DNA from: an uncultured Acidobacteriota bacterium
GTDB taxonomy: Bacteria > Acidobacteriota > Thermoanaerobaculia > Multivoradales > UBA5704
Assembly (NCBI GenBank): GCA_963700145.1
Contig: OY969474.1
Location: 4,000,001 to 4,064,000 of the forward strand
DNA length: 64,000 bases
Direction: 5' to 3'
Part shown: piece after piece, positions 62,801 through 64,000 of the stretch
Position numbering within the stretch: the first letter of the stretch is position 1
Layout: every line of letters begins with the position of its first letter
Made by a program: the position numbers and the translations under genes
Notes under the pieces: generated by a model
What the model saw: only the letters and a program-made list of their open reading frames with translations
Told to the model about the DNA's origin: nothing
Databases searched by the model: none

Positions 62801-63480
62801 GCGTGGACGCACAGGACCAGCGGCGGCAAGCGGACGAGTGTTGCTAGCCTGGCTATGTCTGCATCACGTCCGGCAAAGGTGCGGGGGTGCTCGTATGGTC
62901 CAAGCAGAGGGTACGGCTCCGGGGGTAGCGGGGACTCGGCCGGCACGGTGCGCAGAGCAACGCTCGCGGTGGTCGCTGTAACGCTGGCATGAGGCACGAC
63001 ACCGCGCATCCGGTAGTTTGCGAGCTCCTGACTGAGGAGCGCCCGGAACAAAGGAAGCTTGGGGTCCTCCTCCCATCTGAAGAACTTTGCGTTCCGGTTC
63101 AACCCATTCCGAAAGTTCTTTGCCCAAGCACGAGCAATGGGATCGTCATCCCAGAGCCGTCCGGGCCAGTTCTCGTCGGCGAGAAACGAAAGCACCGGTA
63201 CTCGCAGTTCGTCGGCCGCGGCGATCTCGATCGCCGTAATCGACGCCTGGCCATCACCACCCTTCTCCGGCTCTGGCACCCAGCCACGGCGGAAGGCCTG
63301 CAGCAGGATCACGAGGTTGCACTTGCCGATTTCGTCGCGACAGAGCTGGACGATGGGACGGGAGTCGGCCGGAAAGTGTTCCATGCCAACCGGAACCCAC
63401 TGAGCGTCCCGAATAACGTCAGCCGCAGCCAGCCGGTATGGCTTCAGATCCTCAGACGTCGAGGAGATGAAAACTTTCAC
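59869..63480 (-). CDS. DUF4062 - STAND-type NTPase - TM - beta-propeller protein
   Basis: MKVFISSTSEDL..R...GMEHF; PYPLL...FAGRD; APSGAGKSS; VLDQFDD; SHDRL; TM WAAAAVSGVVLMVLSVLL; repeated FSPxGxW...VW blades; lower GC. Confidence 0.85.
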   Translation of the reverse strand: MKVFISSTSEDLKPYRLAAADVIRDAQWVPVGMEHFPADSRPIVQLCRDEIGKCNLVILLQAFRRGWVPEPEKGGDGQASITAIEIAAADELRVPVLSFLADENWPGRLWDDDPIARAWAKNFRNGLNRNAKFFRWEEDPKLPLFRALLSQELANYRMRGVVPHASVTATTASVALRTVPAESPLPPEPYPLLGPYEHPRTFAGRDADIARLATLVRLPPLVLCVHAPSGAGKSSLLLAGLAPRLRADGFAVSVERAPGDAGLAQRLLRDLLELPESVAIDDGDADLPAEFARWIAHVHALSGKPAVLVLDQFDDVLRSAENRDQVLARIGPLLAATAQRLPIIQGFAAKWVLCYRHEFHGEVRGWLEDVLAQARTLGREGLALLPHDLSDAQKSHDWVLPVMGKPAPGDQGEEHSKRAFLQAIMQPLSLVEGSSSRYHYVMPKEGAERLATVFAQARQAQPDAPLVPELQVVLNYLLQRAGGGVSSGDHGGPVTVEVPPAEYLDAEIKHALANHLERALSSAFPEGRDPAASRLARTRALLALRELADAEGRRSEGLPRDELVSMLGPDGEALLTRLSSPETRLVITTSGLCTLSHDRLAEVVTDVVRNEAVRGNLLLDQSLIDLQRAVGQKLALYQSDATDKSALALTRHQRGLIESNRDTLLFDTARQSWWDASERYRWHLHSKRRRWAAAAVSGVVLMVLSVLLPPELRVHLEIHPMSRADWVVKMATAVSAVPEQGMVVWRLGEPWSQRKRSGVQCERFEVSPTADYLAGITADGNLYVWPTADPMTLDSTPVLSGLPRWVETSELLLQFSPDGRWVSAAMPNGEIYVWNPAQRAAMGHRPLIRVAPVDWRRQGLVVETYPSRMTFSPRGKWLAVKDGDYNLFVLRPGTDVQQRATPVAVTSPRSGPVFSDDDQWMVWTDAKRRDSRRPEAGVAILDSLSVWRIGTSERFTINPPPALVEDAQSSESQRRPTSYFVQFSPGARWLVGRRWSEPFITWDIGARVTSVGVLAAGAVAGNGFEIFPIWFSPNGEWVAGVANDGKLHLWQPWKPPGLNRPLFPDEYSDEVSPSFVFNSQGTRAAAVAPKGALHVWSLGPSVDIGPAVAHLYEGAEVRFSGDGDYVYSADTRNVYLGRAGHEWSWGFSSTSAVQVVAVTPDRSRLAIFAKNEVNLAERKRYVWGIPLWSLKWPALAEPLEVEE

Positions 63481-63535
63481 GATGCCCAGCCTATTACTGT
63501 GCGTCGCCGGCGACCAGCCGTGATCGGCTCACATT

Positions 63536-63802
63536 TCAAGCCGTAGCGAGCGGAGCGAGATCCTCGGCGCCGATCGGCGGATAGCCGAGGCGCTGCAACA
63601 CGTTGTTGATGTCCGCTACAGTGACGACGGTGGGCGCGGTGATTTCGAGACCGATCGGCGTGCCATCTGCTCGGTAGTCGACGAGGATGCCATGGGCTGC
63701 GGGTTCCGTGCGGTGGCTCGTGCCTGCGGGGAGACGCGCCAGGTAGTAATAGGCGGCCAACGGCCTGCCGTGGCGGAACGTCACCTCGAGGTAGGCGGTC
63801 AC
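63536..63802 (-). CDS. DUF2283-like protein
   Basis: YLEVTFRHGRPLAAYYYL...ILVDYRADGTPIGLEI. Confidence 0.75.
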   Translation of the reverse strand: MTAYLEVTFRHGRPLAAYYYLARLPAGTSHRTEPAAHGILVDYRADGTPIGLEITAPTVVTVADINNVLQRLGYPPIGAEDLAPLATA

Positions 63803-63981
63803 CACTCGGATTGACCGGGACGACGCACGGTGGCGTTCTTCCAGAACGCCTCGACCGCAGCGGGATCGTTCGGGTCGTAGGGGCATTCCGGATCGTCGAT
63901 CCGCTCCGGCGCCTTCGCGATCGCCGCCTCGACTTCCTCAGGAGTCGCCGGAAAGGACTTGGAAGTCGTAGCGGGCTTCAT
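63799..63981 (-). pseudogene. BrnA-like antitoxin N-terminal half
   Basis: PYDPND..AVEAFW..A.VRRPGQ, then an early stop with no RHH C-domain. The overlapping frame TKHEARY resembles a BrnT C-terminus. Confidence 0.5.
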
Positions 63982-64000
63982 GCTTCGTTGGCTCCCCGGA

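Overview
High-GC bacterial chromosome segment. The gene families resemble those of Acidobacteriota/Thermoanaerobaculia (inference). The backbone carries groES-groEL with a sigma70 promoter and CIRCE, two TonB-dependent receptors, an SPFH/Zn-ribbon operon, an anthraniloyl-CoA (abm)-like catabolic cluster, a Cpx-like two-component system and four toxin-antitoxin loci (two broken). Several lower-GC islands interrupt it. The main result is a dispersed integron system: (1) an intI pseudogene at ~31.9-32.3 kb; (2) a ~220-bp promoter/attI-like element downstream of it (31452-31677, minus strand); (3) a diverged second copy of that element with no integrase (42911-43126, plus strand), where the similarity stops at a GTT core in both copies and different lower-GC cargo follows; (4) a decayed attC cassette cluster at 2-6.4 kb that includes an AbiV/HEPN-like gene. 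Other structure not explained by the gene list: three intergenic arrays with unrelated sequence but the same ~21-bp period and cores in both orientations; one promoter/operator layout shared by three XRE genes; REP half-elements spanned by translationally coupled mini-ORFs; a split copper amine oxidase; a secreted diheme-VWD protein with a partner cytochrome c; and a DUF4062-STAND-TM-beta-propeller receptor. Several single-base frameshifts may be sequencing errors. I saw no rRNA, tRNA or CRISPR array. All family calls come from motif recognition by eye, with no database search, and boundaries may be off by a few bases.
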